A stretch of 64,000 bases of DNA from positions 79,691-143,690 of the forward strand of contig CAZWPT010000045.1 of the NCBI GenBank assembly GCA_964635675.1, written 5' to 3'. Source of the stretch: an uncultured Nitrososphaerota archaeon (GTDB lineage Archaea > Thermoproteota > EX4484-205 > JAAOZP01). Numbering within the stretch: the first letter of the stretch is position 1; every line of letters begins with the position of its first letter. The position numbers and the translations under genes were made by a program. The notes under the pieces are model-generated. The model was given only the letters and a program-made list of their open reading frames with translations. It did no database searches and was not told the DNA's origin. This document shows positions 9,833 to 18,334 of this stretch, one piece after another.

Positions 9833-10812
9833 AGGAGGGCACAGGCCGGAGGACAACAGACCTGAAAGCGAGGAAAGCCGTGTGCGACGAAGTCTACACT
9901 AACTCCATCCTGGGCGCGGCAACCATTTTAAGTCGTAACCATGTTGCGTACGACATAGTTCTAGACAACGCTCTGGTCAACGGTGAGCTGGAGAAGTACT
10001 CTCTACTGGTTCTTCCAAACTCTGCCTGCTTGAGCGATGAACAGGTCCGCGGCATCCAGGGTTTCCTCGGAAAGGGCGGAAGCCTTGTCTGCTCCTTTGA
10101 AACAGGCTGCTACGATGAGTATGGCAACCATAGGCTTGAAAACCCGCTCTGGAGCATTCTCGGCATAGAAGAGTGCGACGGCATGATGCTTCCCAGAGTC
10201 GGGGAGGAATACATGAAGCTCTCTGACTCCGCCGGGGGAATCTTCTCGATCCCCCCTGGCGCGTTGATACCTAGGCCAGTGTACAGTCTCAAAACCCTTC
10301 CGAGAGAAGATGCTGTAGCACCATGCTTCTTCATGAAACCGATAGGTGCCTACTACACTGCTCCCAAGGGTGTTTCAAAATATGCTGCGATCGTTTGCAG
10401 CCGTCACGGCAGGGGTAGAACGGTCTACTTCTCCTCGCTGATTGAAGACTTTTACACCAGGTACAGGATGCCTGACATCTCAAGGGTTTACGCTGACTGC
10501 GCTAGGTTTGCAATAGGCAGGCCGCCGGTTGTGGAGGTTGAAGCTCCGGAGACTGTGCAGTTCGAAGTCAGAGAGCAGAGAAGCACCGGGAGAATACTAG
10601 TCCACCTTGTTAACACCACTGGGGACATGCAGAGGCCGGTTTCAAGCATAACCTGTGTGCACGGCATTAAGGTTAGGACCAGGGGGATCCGGCCTAGGAG
10701 AGTGTTTAAGCTTAGCGATGGAAACATGCTTGCTGGGCGAGAGCTTTCAGACTGTTTCGAATTCACTCTGGATAATCTGATGGTTTACGACGTGATCGTC
10801 TTCGAGTTCTAA
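9748..10812 (+). CDS. Beta-galactosidase trimerisation (GATase-like) domain + C-terminal beta domain, C-terminal part of the same frameshifted gene
   Basis: Frame open upstream of 9880 (QTSTFYLSELRELY...). Contains LEKYSLLVLPNSACLSDEQ, GGSLVCSFETG, GRGRTVYF and ILVHLVN. Confidence 0.75.
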   Translation, partial: LQTSTFYLSELRELYLDPGTGVERDLKIEEGTGRRTTDLKARKAVCDEVYTNSILGAATILSRNHVAYDIVLDNALVNGELEKYSLLVLPNSACLSDEQVRGIQGFLGKGGSLVCSFETGCYDEYGNHRLENPLWSILGIEECDGMMLPRVGEEYMKLSDSAGGIFSIPPGALIPRPVYSLKTLPREDAVAPCFFMKPIGAYYTAPKGVSKYAAIVCSRHGRGRTVYFSSLIEDFYTRYRMPDISRVYADCARFAIGRPPVVEVEAPETVQFEVREQRSTGRILVHLVNTTGDMQRPVSSITCVHGIKVRTRGIRPRRVFKLSDGNMLAGRELSDCFEFTLDNLMVYDVIVFEF

Positions 10813-11776
10813 ACCCCGAGTGACCAGTATTTCCCCAGTCCTTTTCCTCCTCGCGAACAAGCTTTATCGCCTTCCAGACCAGGCCTTGGCTTTTCCTCAA
10901 AGCCTTCCTAGCCTCCTCCGCCTCAACCCTTGCTAGAGCCATGACTAGAGCAACCTTCAAATCATACCTGCTTCTCCTGTAGATTTCCTCAGCCTCCTCG
11001 CTTGAGATTCCTGCGAAAAAGCGCAGCAGCCTCCTAGCCCGCGACCTAAGCTTCACGCTTAAAGGCTTAATATCTATCATCAGGTTCGTATACACCTTTC
11101 CGATCCTCACCATGGAGACTGTTGAAATCATGTTTAACACCATTTTCTCCGCGGTACCCGCCTTCATCCTTGTCGACCCCGCTATAGCCTCTGGACCCAC
11201 TATGGGCGTTATCACTATGCTAGCGTAGGAGCCGATCTTGGGGTTTGGCACTGTTGCGACAGCTATGGTTTTAGCACCCCTCCGCCTAGCCTCTTTAAGA
11301 GCCCCGATCACGTAGGGCGCCCTGCCTGAGGCGCTCAGCCCTATGACAACATCTCTCTCAGAAACCTTGAGGCGCTTAACATCTTTAACACCAGCCCTCA
11401 TATTGTCCTCAGCCCCTTCAACAGCCTTGAACATGGCTCTCCTCCCGCCAGCTATCAGTGCCTGAACCATGCTGGGGCTTGCGCCGAAGGTAGGTGGGCA
11501 CTCGGCCGCGTCTATAACCCCTATCCTGCCGCTCGTGCCTGCGCCAACATATATTAGTCTACCGCCTTTCTTAAAGGCTTGGGCAACGCTTTCAACAGCC
11601 CTAGCGATCCTCGGTATCTCGAGTTCAACAGCCCTAGCCACCTTCTTATCCTCCCTGTTTATCATCTTCAAAGCCTCAACCACCTGAACCCTGTCTATTC
11701 TAACCGTCCTAGGGTTTCTATGCTCAGTCAACAGTTTTTCAAACTCCGCATCTATTCTCTCCAGTCTTGAAACCAT
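10763..11776 (-). CDS. murQ: N-acetylmuramic acid 6-phosphate etherase
   Basis: TEHRNP, GAGTSGRIGVIDAAECPPTFG, AVEGAED, SASGRAPYV, VGPEAIAGSTRMKAGTAEKMVLNMIST and GKVYTNLMID are all MurQ hallmarks. Confidence 0.95.
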   Translation of the reverse strand: MVSRLERIDAEFEKLLTEHRNPRTVRIDRVQVVEALKMINREDKKVARAVELEIPRIARAVESVAQAFKKGGRLIYVGAGTSGRIGVIDAAECPPTFGASPSMVQALIAGGRRAMFKAVEGAEDNMRAGVKDVKRLKVSERDVVIGLSASGRAPYVIGALKEARRRGAKTIAVATVPNPKIGSYASIVITPIVGPEAIAGSTRMKAGTAEKMVLNMISTVSMVRIGKVYTNLMIDIKPLSVKLRSRARRLLRFFAGISSEEAEEIYRRSRYDLKVALVMALARVEAEEARKALRKSQGLVWKAIKLVREEEKDWGNTGHSGFRTRRRSRRKPSDYPE

Positions 11777-11864
11777 TTTTCTAAGCCGCTATATGTTAAC
11801 CAGGTGGATGATAAATCTTGGGTTTGAAAAACACTTATATGTCTCCGTTCTAAACAGATTCCTG
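11777..11864. promoter_or_regulatory. Divergent promoter region for murQ and the GNAT-deacetylase-namZ-kinase operon
   Basis: Minus-strand aagaTTTATc at about 11810-11819 lies about 35 nt before the murQ ATG. Plus-strand gaaaaacacTTATAT at 11826-11840 lies about 25 nt before TTG 11865. Confidence 0.55.
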
Positions 11865-12785
11865 TTGAACCTGGAGGAAAGGAGTTTTAAAGGCCGGGAT
11901 CTCAGGCCTGTTCTAGAAGTCGTCAACGATGCAATGCCTCTCGACAGGCTTAACGAGGAGTCCTTCAGGTACAGGGTTCTCCTGCAGGAGAATTATGATC
12001 CTGAGCTCTGCATCGTGTCGGAGTCGGAGGGAAGGGTGGTTGGCTTCATCTACTCGGTGACCAGGGGTGAAACCGGCTATATCAACATACTGGCTGTGAA
12101 AAACGGGTTTAGAGGAAGGGGCATCGGGTCAAGAATGCTTGCAACAGTTGAGGAAAAACTCAGGAAGAATGGTTTTAAGAGAATAGTCTTCTCAGGCGGG
12201 CCTAGATACCTTGTTCCCGGGGTTGACGTTAAGGCTTACCCTGGGGCAATAGGCTTCTTCACTAAGAACGGTTACAGTGAATCAAGCAGGGAATCGGTTT
12301 CAATGAGCATGTCGCTCATGGGTTACACAACGCCCGGAGGAGTTTTCGAGCTTGAGAGAAGGCTTGCTGCAGAAGGCTACTCGTTCCAGCAGCTTGACGA
12401 TGAACACGTGTTGGAGCTTCTCCTCTTTCTGAAAGCCAGGTTCCCGTGGTGGTATGAAGACGCTAGAAGAACTATGGAGAAACACCCTAGGTGTCTCGAC
12501 TGGTTTACGCTTGCCCTCCACAATGGGGAGTTAGTCGGCTACTGTCAAATAGGCACCGACGGGCTGATAGAGCATTTCGGCCCTTTTGGGGTTGCTGAGG
12601 AGCATAGGAACAAGGGGGTTGGGACAGTGCTGTTCCACAGGTGTTTGAGGCTAATCCAGTCTCTCGGCGGTAAGAATGCTTGGCTGGCTTGGGGCGGGGG
12701 GAGAAACTACGGTTTCTACGTTAGGAACGGCATGTCTGAGGCCCGGAGGTTCGCGGTTTTCACCAAGAGTCTTGAAAGAGGGTGA
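11865..12785 (+). CDS. Tandem (two-domain) GNAT N-acetyltransferase, GlmA-like glucosamine/glucosaminide acetyltransferase candidate
   Basis: Two acetyl-CoA loops (FRGRGIGS and HRNKGVGT), plus YLVPGVD and FGPFGV. Start placed at TTG 11865 from promoter spacing (ORF track gives 11793). Confidence 0.82.
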   Translation: MNLEERSFKGRDLRPVLEVVNDAMPLDRLNEESFRYRVLLQENYDPELCIVSESEGRVVGFIYSVTRGETGYINILAVKNGFRGRGIGSRMLATVEEKLRKNGFKRIVFSGGPRYLVPGVDVKAYPGAIGFFTKNGYSESSRESVSMSMSLMGYTTPGGVFELERRLAAEGYSFQQLDDEHVLELLLFLKARFPWWYEDARRTMEKHPRCLDWFTLALHNGELVGYCQIGTDGLIEHFGPFGVAEEHRNKGVGTVLFHRCLRLIQSLGGKNAWLAWGGGRNYGFYVRNGMSEARRFAVFTKSLERG

Positions 12786-12791
12786 TCACCG

Positions 12792-13505
12792 TTGGGCATT
12801 AAAATACTCGCGTTCAGCGCCCATACTGGGGATGTTGAAATCACGGCGGGCGGGACAATTCTGCGTAACTTTGAGGAAGGGGGGAGGTGTCTAATACTCC
12901 ACATGTTTAAGCCGTCTGGCAAATGGGCCCGGCCACCGGGGCTCTCCGCGGAGGAGTATGCTGAAATAAGGCTTAAGCAGGCTTTAGAAGCATCCAAGAA
13001 GCTGAATGCTGAAGTCGTCTTCCTAGGGTGTGTCGAGGGCGTCCCCTATGATGCTGAGGAGGTTAAGGTGAAGATGTATAAGGCTATTTTAGAGTTCACG
13101 CCTGACGCGATCCTGATGCACTGGAAGGGAAGCTATCATCCTGATCATCTTGCATGCCACCTTCTCGCCATACAGGCTTTCGAACGCTTCACGGGAGAAC
13201 GGAGGGCGGAGGGGAAACACGGCGAGCCGGTGGAGCTTTACTACCCGGAGAACTGGGAGGACCCGCAGGGCTTCCAGCCGGAGGTTTATGTTGACGTCAG
13301 CAATGTTTTCGAAAAATACTTGGACGTGATTAAGACTTACGATTTTACCTCTGGAAAGTACAGCGGGTTCAACTACGTGGACTACTATTCCTGCTTGAAA
13401 AGAGTCAGGGGACTTGAAGTCGGTTTCAAATACGCGGAAGCCTTCATGACGTTCGGAGACTGGGGTGTTAAGAGGATAAGGAGGAAAAGCCTCCTGGGCG
13501 AGTAG
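12792..13505 (+). CDS. PIG-L/LmbE-family N-deacetylase
   Basis: AHTGD (AHxDD variant), GGT, HPDH, YVDVS and RG...YAEAF. Confidence 0.88.
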   Translation: MGIKILAFSAHTGDVEITAGGTILRNFEEGGRCLILHMFKPSGKWARPPGLSAEEYAEIRLKQALEASKKLNAEVVFLGCVEGVPYDAEEVKVKMYKAILEFTPDAILMHWKGSYHPDHLACHLLAIQAFERFTGERRAEGKHGEPVELYYPENWEDPQGFQPEVYVDVSNVFEKYLDVIKTYDFTSGKYSGFNYVDYYSCLKRVRGLEVGFKYAEAFMTFGDWGVKRIRRKSLLGE

Positions 13506-13506
13506 T

Positions 13507-14655
13507 TTGGCGAGCAGGGTTAAGCCCGGCCTAGATGTTCTTCTCCAGGGGAAAACACTGCTTGAAAGACTCTCTGGCCTAAGCATTGGGCTGGTTGTAA
13601 ACCACACGTCCGTGACGAGAAGCCTTGAGCCGTCTTACCTACGGCTCTTAGAGAAAGGGATACGGGTGAAAACCCTTTTTACTCCTGAACACGGGCTTTG
13701 GGGAGCCTACGCTGCCGGTGAGCCTGTGGAGTCTGAAAACCCTTCTTTAAACGGGGTTATGGTTCAAAGCCTATACGGCTCTCAGAGGAAGCCGAGTGTT
13801 GAGGCTCTTGAGAATCTAGACCTGCTGGTTTACGATATTCAAGACGTTGGGTGCAGAACCTACACTTACATATCGACTATGCTGAACTGTTTTGAAGAAG
13901 CCTGTAGGAACAGCGTCGGCTTCATGGTTCTTGACAGGCCTAACCCGCTGGGGGGCCTCACCGTTGAGGGGCCGGTTTTGAAGAAGGGCCTGGAATCATT
14001 CGTCGGACCACATTATCTTCCCCTTAGATACGGTATGACTCCTGGTGAACTTTGCCTCCTCTACGCTTACGATAAGGGTTTGAAGCCTCCTCACATGGTT
14101 AGAATGGCCGGGTGGAGCAGAATGATGTACTATCATGAAACAGGCCTCCCCTGGGTATATCCTTCGCCTGCAATACCGACTCCAGTCACCGCGCTGCTTT
14201 ACTCCGGGATGGTTCTGCTTGAAGCAACGAACCTGTCTGAGGGCAGGGGAACGTATAAGCCGTTCGAAGTCTTCGGCGCCCCATGGCTTAAGTCGGCGGA
14301 GCTTGTTTCCACGTTGAAAAGAAGACTGGGTAAGGATTGTCTCGTTATGGAAACAAGGTTTATACCTTCCTCGTCGAAGCATAAGGGGCAGGTTTGCAGA
14401 GGAGCTCACCTGGTGGTTAAAAACCCAAAGGGGGTTAGGCCTTTCAAGGTCGTGGTGCACATTATTCAATCCGTGCTGGAGACTAACCCTGTGGAATTTG
14501 AAGTTGATCATGGAAAGATGGATAGGCTGCTAGGGGACAGTGCGACTAGGAGAAACATCTTAAGCGGGATGAGTGTTGAGGAGATAGTTTTAAAACTGAG
14601 GGACGAGCAAAAAAGGTTTAAAGCCAGAATCAGAAGGATTCTTCTATACGATTGA
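13507..14655 (+). CDS. namZ: Exo-beta-N-acetylmuramidase NamZ (DUF1343, GH171)
   Basis: PEHG, SLYG, DIQDVGCRTYTYISTM, VLDRPNPLGG, RYGMTPGEL, PSPAIP and EATNLSEGRGT..PFEVFGAPW. No signal peptide. Confidence 0.92.
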   Translation: MASRVKPGLDVLLQGKTLLERLSGLSIGLVVNHTSVTRSLEPSYLRLLEKGIRVKTLFTPEHGLWGAYAAGEPVESENPSLNGVMVQSLYGSQRKPSVEALENLDLLVYDIQDVGCRTYTYISTMLNCFEEACRNSVGFMVLDRPNPLGGLTVEGPVLKKGLESFVGPHYLPLRYGMTPGELCLLYAYDKGLKPPHMVRMAGWSRMMYYHETGLPWVYPSPAIPTPVTALLYSGMVLLEATNLSEGRGTYKPFEVFGAPWLKSAELVSTLKRRLGKDCLVMETRFIPSSSKHKGQVCRGAHLVVKNPKGVRPFKVVVHIIQSVLETNPVEFEVDHGKMDRLLGDSATRRNILSGMSVEEIVLKLRDEQKRFKARIRRILLYD

Positions 14656-15620
14656 AACGCATTGTTGTAGCCGGTGTAGACGGGGGTGCTAGCTCAACCA
14701 GATGCCTCGCTGTCGAGACGTGCTCTTGGCGTGTCGCCGCATGTAAATCCGGGCCTTCGAACATTCTTTCAGCAGGCTCGGAGACAACCCTGCTTTCAGT
14801 GAGGAAAGCGTTTAACGGGGCCTTGAGGAAGCTTGAATGCGAAGAAGCTGAAGTCGTTGCACTCTGCCTCTCAGGAGCTTGGACAGCAGGTGGAAGGCTA
14901 GCGAAACTGTTTCGCGGAAGGATTAAAGCTGGTAAAATCCTGATTAAAAGTGATGTTGAAGCTGCTGCAGCAGCCTGCCTAGGGTTTGACAGGCAGGGTA
15001 TTGTAGTCATAGCTGGAACGGGCTCAGTAGTTATAGGTGTTTCAGAAGGATTATTCTTCCGAGCCGGTGGCTGGGGGCATGTCTTTGACGATGAGGGTGG
15101 AGCATACTCCGTTGCAATAGAGGCTTTGAGAGCGGCTTTCCAGTCTTACGATGGGAGAGGGAGGGAGACAAGCCTGGAGGAGGCGGCCCGCCGTTTCTTC
15201 AAAGCCAGGAGCATGGAGGAGCTGGCTGAAAGAGTTCATGAAATGAGGAAGGAGCGTATAGCTCTATTCGCGAAAACAGTTAACGCTGAGGCGGAGAAGG
15301 GGGACTTGGTCGCCAGGAGCATAATTGAGAATGCGGCAGGACCCCTCTCGAGAGGCGTGCTGGCTGTGGCTAGGCGAATGAGGCTGACCCGTGAAGACGG
15401 GTTGAACATTTACTTCTCTGGGGGAATGTTCAATCATCATCGGAACATGCTTGCTAGAAGCATTCGGAAACATCTTTCATCAGAGTACGTGAAGGTTATT
15501 GTTAGGAGGCCTGCGTACCCTCCTGCTGTAGGAGCGTTAATGATAGCTTTTAGAGAAGTTGGCTTAAAACCCCCGGTTGAAGTCTTGAAGAAAGCGAAGA
15601 AGGCTTTAAGAGATGAGTGA
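14652..15620 (+). CDS. BadF/BadG/BcrA/BcrD-type amino-sugar kinase (GlcNAc/MurNAc kinase, MurK/NagK-like)
   Basis: GVDGGASSTR, SGPSN, IAGTGSV, RAGGWGHVFDDEGGAY and GGMF. 4-nt overlap with namZ. Confidence 0.88.
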   Translation: MKRIVVAGVDGGASSTRCLAVETCSWRVAACKSGPSNILSAGSETTLLSVRKAFNGALRKLECEEAEVVALCLSGAWTAGGRLAKLFRGRIKAGKILIKSDVEAAAAACLGFDRQGIVVIAGTGSVVIGVSEGLFFRAGGWGHVFDDEGGAYSVAIEALRAAFQSYDGRGRETSLEEAARRFFKARSMEELAERVHEMRKERIALFAKTVNAEAEKGDLVARSIIENAAGPLSRGVLAVARRMRLTREDGLNIYFSGGMFNHHRNMLARSIRKHLSSEYVKVIVRRPAYPPAVGALMIAFREVGLKPPVEVLKKAKKALRDE

Positions 15621-15760
15621 AAAGGTTTTGAGCCGCATTAAGCGTTGAAGCCGTAAAAAGCCTGTTAAGCTGTTCCATGCTTTCTCCAAATGTTTCTGCT
15701 CAAAAGTTTTTCGGAAAAAGTTTATCTGCAGAAGGGCAGGATAATCAGGGGTGAGGTAAA

Positions 15761-16453
15761 ATGGAGAAATTAGAGAAGATCGTCGAGATTAGAAAAAAGG
15801 GTATGCCTCTGCTTGGGGATGATTTTCCGGAGATGAAGGTTCAAACGACGCACGGGGTTATGGAGCTCCCGAAGGCTTTCTCCGGAAAATGGTTCGTGTT
15901 GTTCAGCCATCCTGCAGACTTCACTCCAGTCTGCACAACCGAGTTCGTCGCCTTCCAGAAAAGATACGACAGGTTTAAAGCGTTAAACTGCGAGTTAATC
16001 GGTCTCAGCGTTGACCAGGTTTTCTCACACATGAAATGGATTGAGTGGATAAAGGAGAAGCTGGGTGTTGAAATAAAGTTTCCGATAATCGCTGACACTG
16101 GCGAGGTTGCTGAAAGACTGGGTCTCATACATCCGGGGAAAGGAACCAACACGGTTAGAGCAGTATTCGTAGTCGACGATAAGGGGAAGATACGTATAAT
16201 CCTCTACTATCCTCAGGAGCTGGGGAGAAACATGGATGAGATAGTTAGGGTTGTGGAAGCCATGCAGGTCTCCGACAGGAATAGTGTTTCGATGCCGGCA
16301 AACTGGCCGAACAACGAGCTGATCGGCGACCGCGTCATAATTCCGCCGCCTAGGGACGTGGAAACAGCTAGAACCCGTATAGAGAAGGCTAAAGCAGGCG
16401 AGTTAGAATGCTTCGACTGGTGGTTCTGCCATAGGAAGCTTCAGGAAAAGTAA
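15761..16453 (+). CDS. Peroxiredoxin (archaeal Prx6-type)
   Basis: [19 protein letters not shown] and C-terminal CFDWWFC. SD GGTGAGG upstream. Confidence 0.95.
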   Translation: MEKLEKIVEIRKKGMPLLGDDFPEMKVQTTHGVMELPKAFSGKWFVLFSHPADFTPVCTTEFVAFQKRYDRFKALNCELIGLSVDQVFSHMKWIEWIKEKLGVEIKFPIIADTGEVAERLGLIHPGKGTNTVRAVFVVDDKGKIRIILYYPQELGRNMDEIVRVVEAMQVSDRNSVSMPANWPNNELIGDRVIIPPPRDVETARTRIEKAKAGELECFDWWFCHRKLQEK

Positions 16454-16457
16454 ACCC

Positions 16458-17147
16458 CTATTTTTTATCCCTCAAAAAGTCTACCTTCCTTTCAAGAGCG
16501 TCAAGTTTACGTTCAATGCTTTCAATCCTCCTCTTACTGTTAATCCTGTTTTTAACAAGCAGTGCTGTAAGCTTAAGTTGGCTGAAGCCCTGCTTATCCC
16601 CAGCCCTGAAAACACTCGCATCGGAAACCATTTTTCCAAGCTCCTCCTCCGAAATGTTCAGCTTCGCAGAGGCTTCTGTAAAACTGTTCGAGCTGGCAAT
16701 AGCCTCAACTATTCTCTCCTCCTCACTGCTAATCTCCTCAACATCGAGCGACAAGTACGTTGTCAACAAATCATTTATAATCTCTTTCGAAACCTCTTTA
16801 AAGTCTTCAAACGTGAAAAGGTAGTACTCTGGGAGGAGAACGTATCTGACGCCCAGCTCGCTGGCAAGGCTGGCGGCTGAAGCGTCGGAAAACCCTCTGC
16901 AGACTAGGAGCGGCTTAACCTTCAAAAGCTTGGAGTTGCTGAAAGCCTGTCTAACATCAGTGACAGAAGCCTTTCCAGACTTAACCTCAACCGCTAAAAC
17001 ATTCCCCTCCTGGTCCCTGGCGACCAAATCTATCTCGGCAACCTTTACTCCACCGACGATCACAGGCTTCCTTTTCTCTAAGACCGTGTAACCAAGCTTC
17101 TCCAGAATGGAGACCGCAACGTCTTCTGCGCCTAATCCTTTTCTCAT
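16458..17147 (-). CDS. PD-(D/E)XK nuclease-fold protein (YraN/RecB/Mrr-like N-terminus) with helical C-terminus
   Basis: GLGAEDVA...LGY, EIDLVA and AVEVKSG; C-terminal coiled coil. Confidence 0.75.
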   Translation of the reverse strand: MRKGLGAEDVAVSILEKLGYTVLEKRKPVIVGGVKVAEIDLVARDQEGNVLAVEVKSGKASVTDVRQAFSNSKLLKVKPLLVCRGFSDASAASLASELGVRYVLLPEYYLFTFEDFKEVSKEIINDLLTTYLSLDVEEISSEEERIVEAIASSNSFTEASAKLNISEEELGKMVSDASVFRAGDKQGFSQLKLTALLVKNRINSKRRIESIERKLDALERKVDFLRDKK

Positions 17148-17266
17148 TAACCGGTTTACGGAGGGTTATCCGGTCTTCTTATTTAAGTGTTTATTTTTCA
17201 AGGGGAAATAATGCTTCTGAAAACTAGGAAGATTCGCTATGCTTCAACCAATGTTTTTCAAAAACT

Positions 17267-18289
17267 TTAAGCGAGAACTTTAAGCTTCTCGTACGGCACC
17301 TCGTTAATAGGCTTCTCTCCTGAAAAGAATCTTTTTAAATCCTCAACGACTGTGCCGAACAACTGTCTAATCCTTTCATCAGACCCGCCCGCTATATGGG
17401 GTGTTAGAAAAACGTTCTCCAAATCGTACAGGGGACTGTTACTCTCTAAAGGCTCCTGTTCAAAAACATCCAGCGCTGCCCCCGCTAACCGTTTCTCCTT
17501 TAAAGCCTTAACGAGAGCATCCTCATCTATAAGCGAGCCTCTGGACGTGTTTATCAAGAATGCCGTAGGCTTCATGAGTCTAAACTCTTTCTCGCCGATC
17601 ATGTGGCGGGTTTCGCGGATTGAAGCCGCGTGCAGACTTATTACGTCTGAACATGCAAGCAGCTCGTTCAAACCAACCTTTCTCGCCCCGAAAGCAGCAA
17701 CCTGGCTCGGCTCAACGTAAGGGTCGTAAACCATTAGGCTGACCTCAAACGGCTTAAGAAGCTTCACCAGTTCTCTAGCCACTGCGCCAAACCCTACTAT
17801 TCCTACCGTCTTCCCGCTCAAATCATAAGTCGTAAAGCATCTCTGATCCCTGTAAACCCAGTTTCTCCCCCTCATTGCTTCAATATATCTCGGTATCCCC
17901 CTTAAACAGTTAAGGATCATGGCTAGGGCATACTCTGCCACGGGTTTAGCTATTGTTGATGCGGCGTTGACAACCACTATCCCTTTCTTAAAAACCTCGT
18001 CCGTCACATAGGGCTTAACGCTTCCAGCAGCGTGACCTATGATTTTAAGCCTGTTAGCTTTGCTCAACACTTTTTCAGTGAACCTCGGGGAACCCCAGCT
18101 TGTAATGCAGCCATCTATATCAACTATTAGCTCGGAAAGCTCGTCCTCATTAAGATTCCTGTTAAATGGGTTAAAGACGCATTCTGCGAAAGACCTAAGC
18201 TTCTCCTCGTCTTCGGTTCTCGAAATCTTGCTGTAGAGCTCCGCGGGTATTGTAATCAGGACTCTCACCCGCTTACCGCTAAGGCTCAT
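17267..18289 (-). CDS. D-isomer-specific 2-hydroxyacid dehydrogenase
   Basis: GIVGFGAVA, YDPY, INTSRG, LDVFEQEP and TPHIAG; HAAGSVK variant. Confidence 0.92.
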   Translation of the reverse strand: MSLSGKRVRVLITIPAELYSKISRTEDEEKLRSFAECVFNPFNRNLNEDELSELIVDIDGCITSWGSPRFTEKVLSKANRLKIIGHAAGSVKPYVTDEVFKKGIVVVNAASTIAKPVAEYALAMILNCLRGIPRYIEAMRGRNWVYRDQRCFTTYDLSGKTVGIVGFGAVARELVKLLKPFEVSLMVYDPYVEPSQVAAFGARKVGLNELLACSDVISLHAASIRETRHMIGEKEFRLMKPTAFLINTSRGSLIDEDALVKALKEKRLAGAALDVFEQEPLESNSPLYDLENVFLTPHIAGGSDERIRQLFGTVVEDLKRFFSGEKPINEVPYEKLKVLA

Positions 18290-18334
18290 GACCCCGTGTT
18301 TTCACCTTAAGCAATATTTAAGTATGATATTGAA

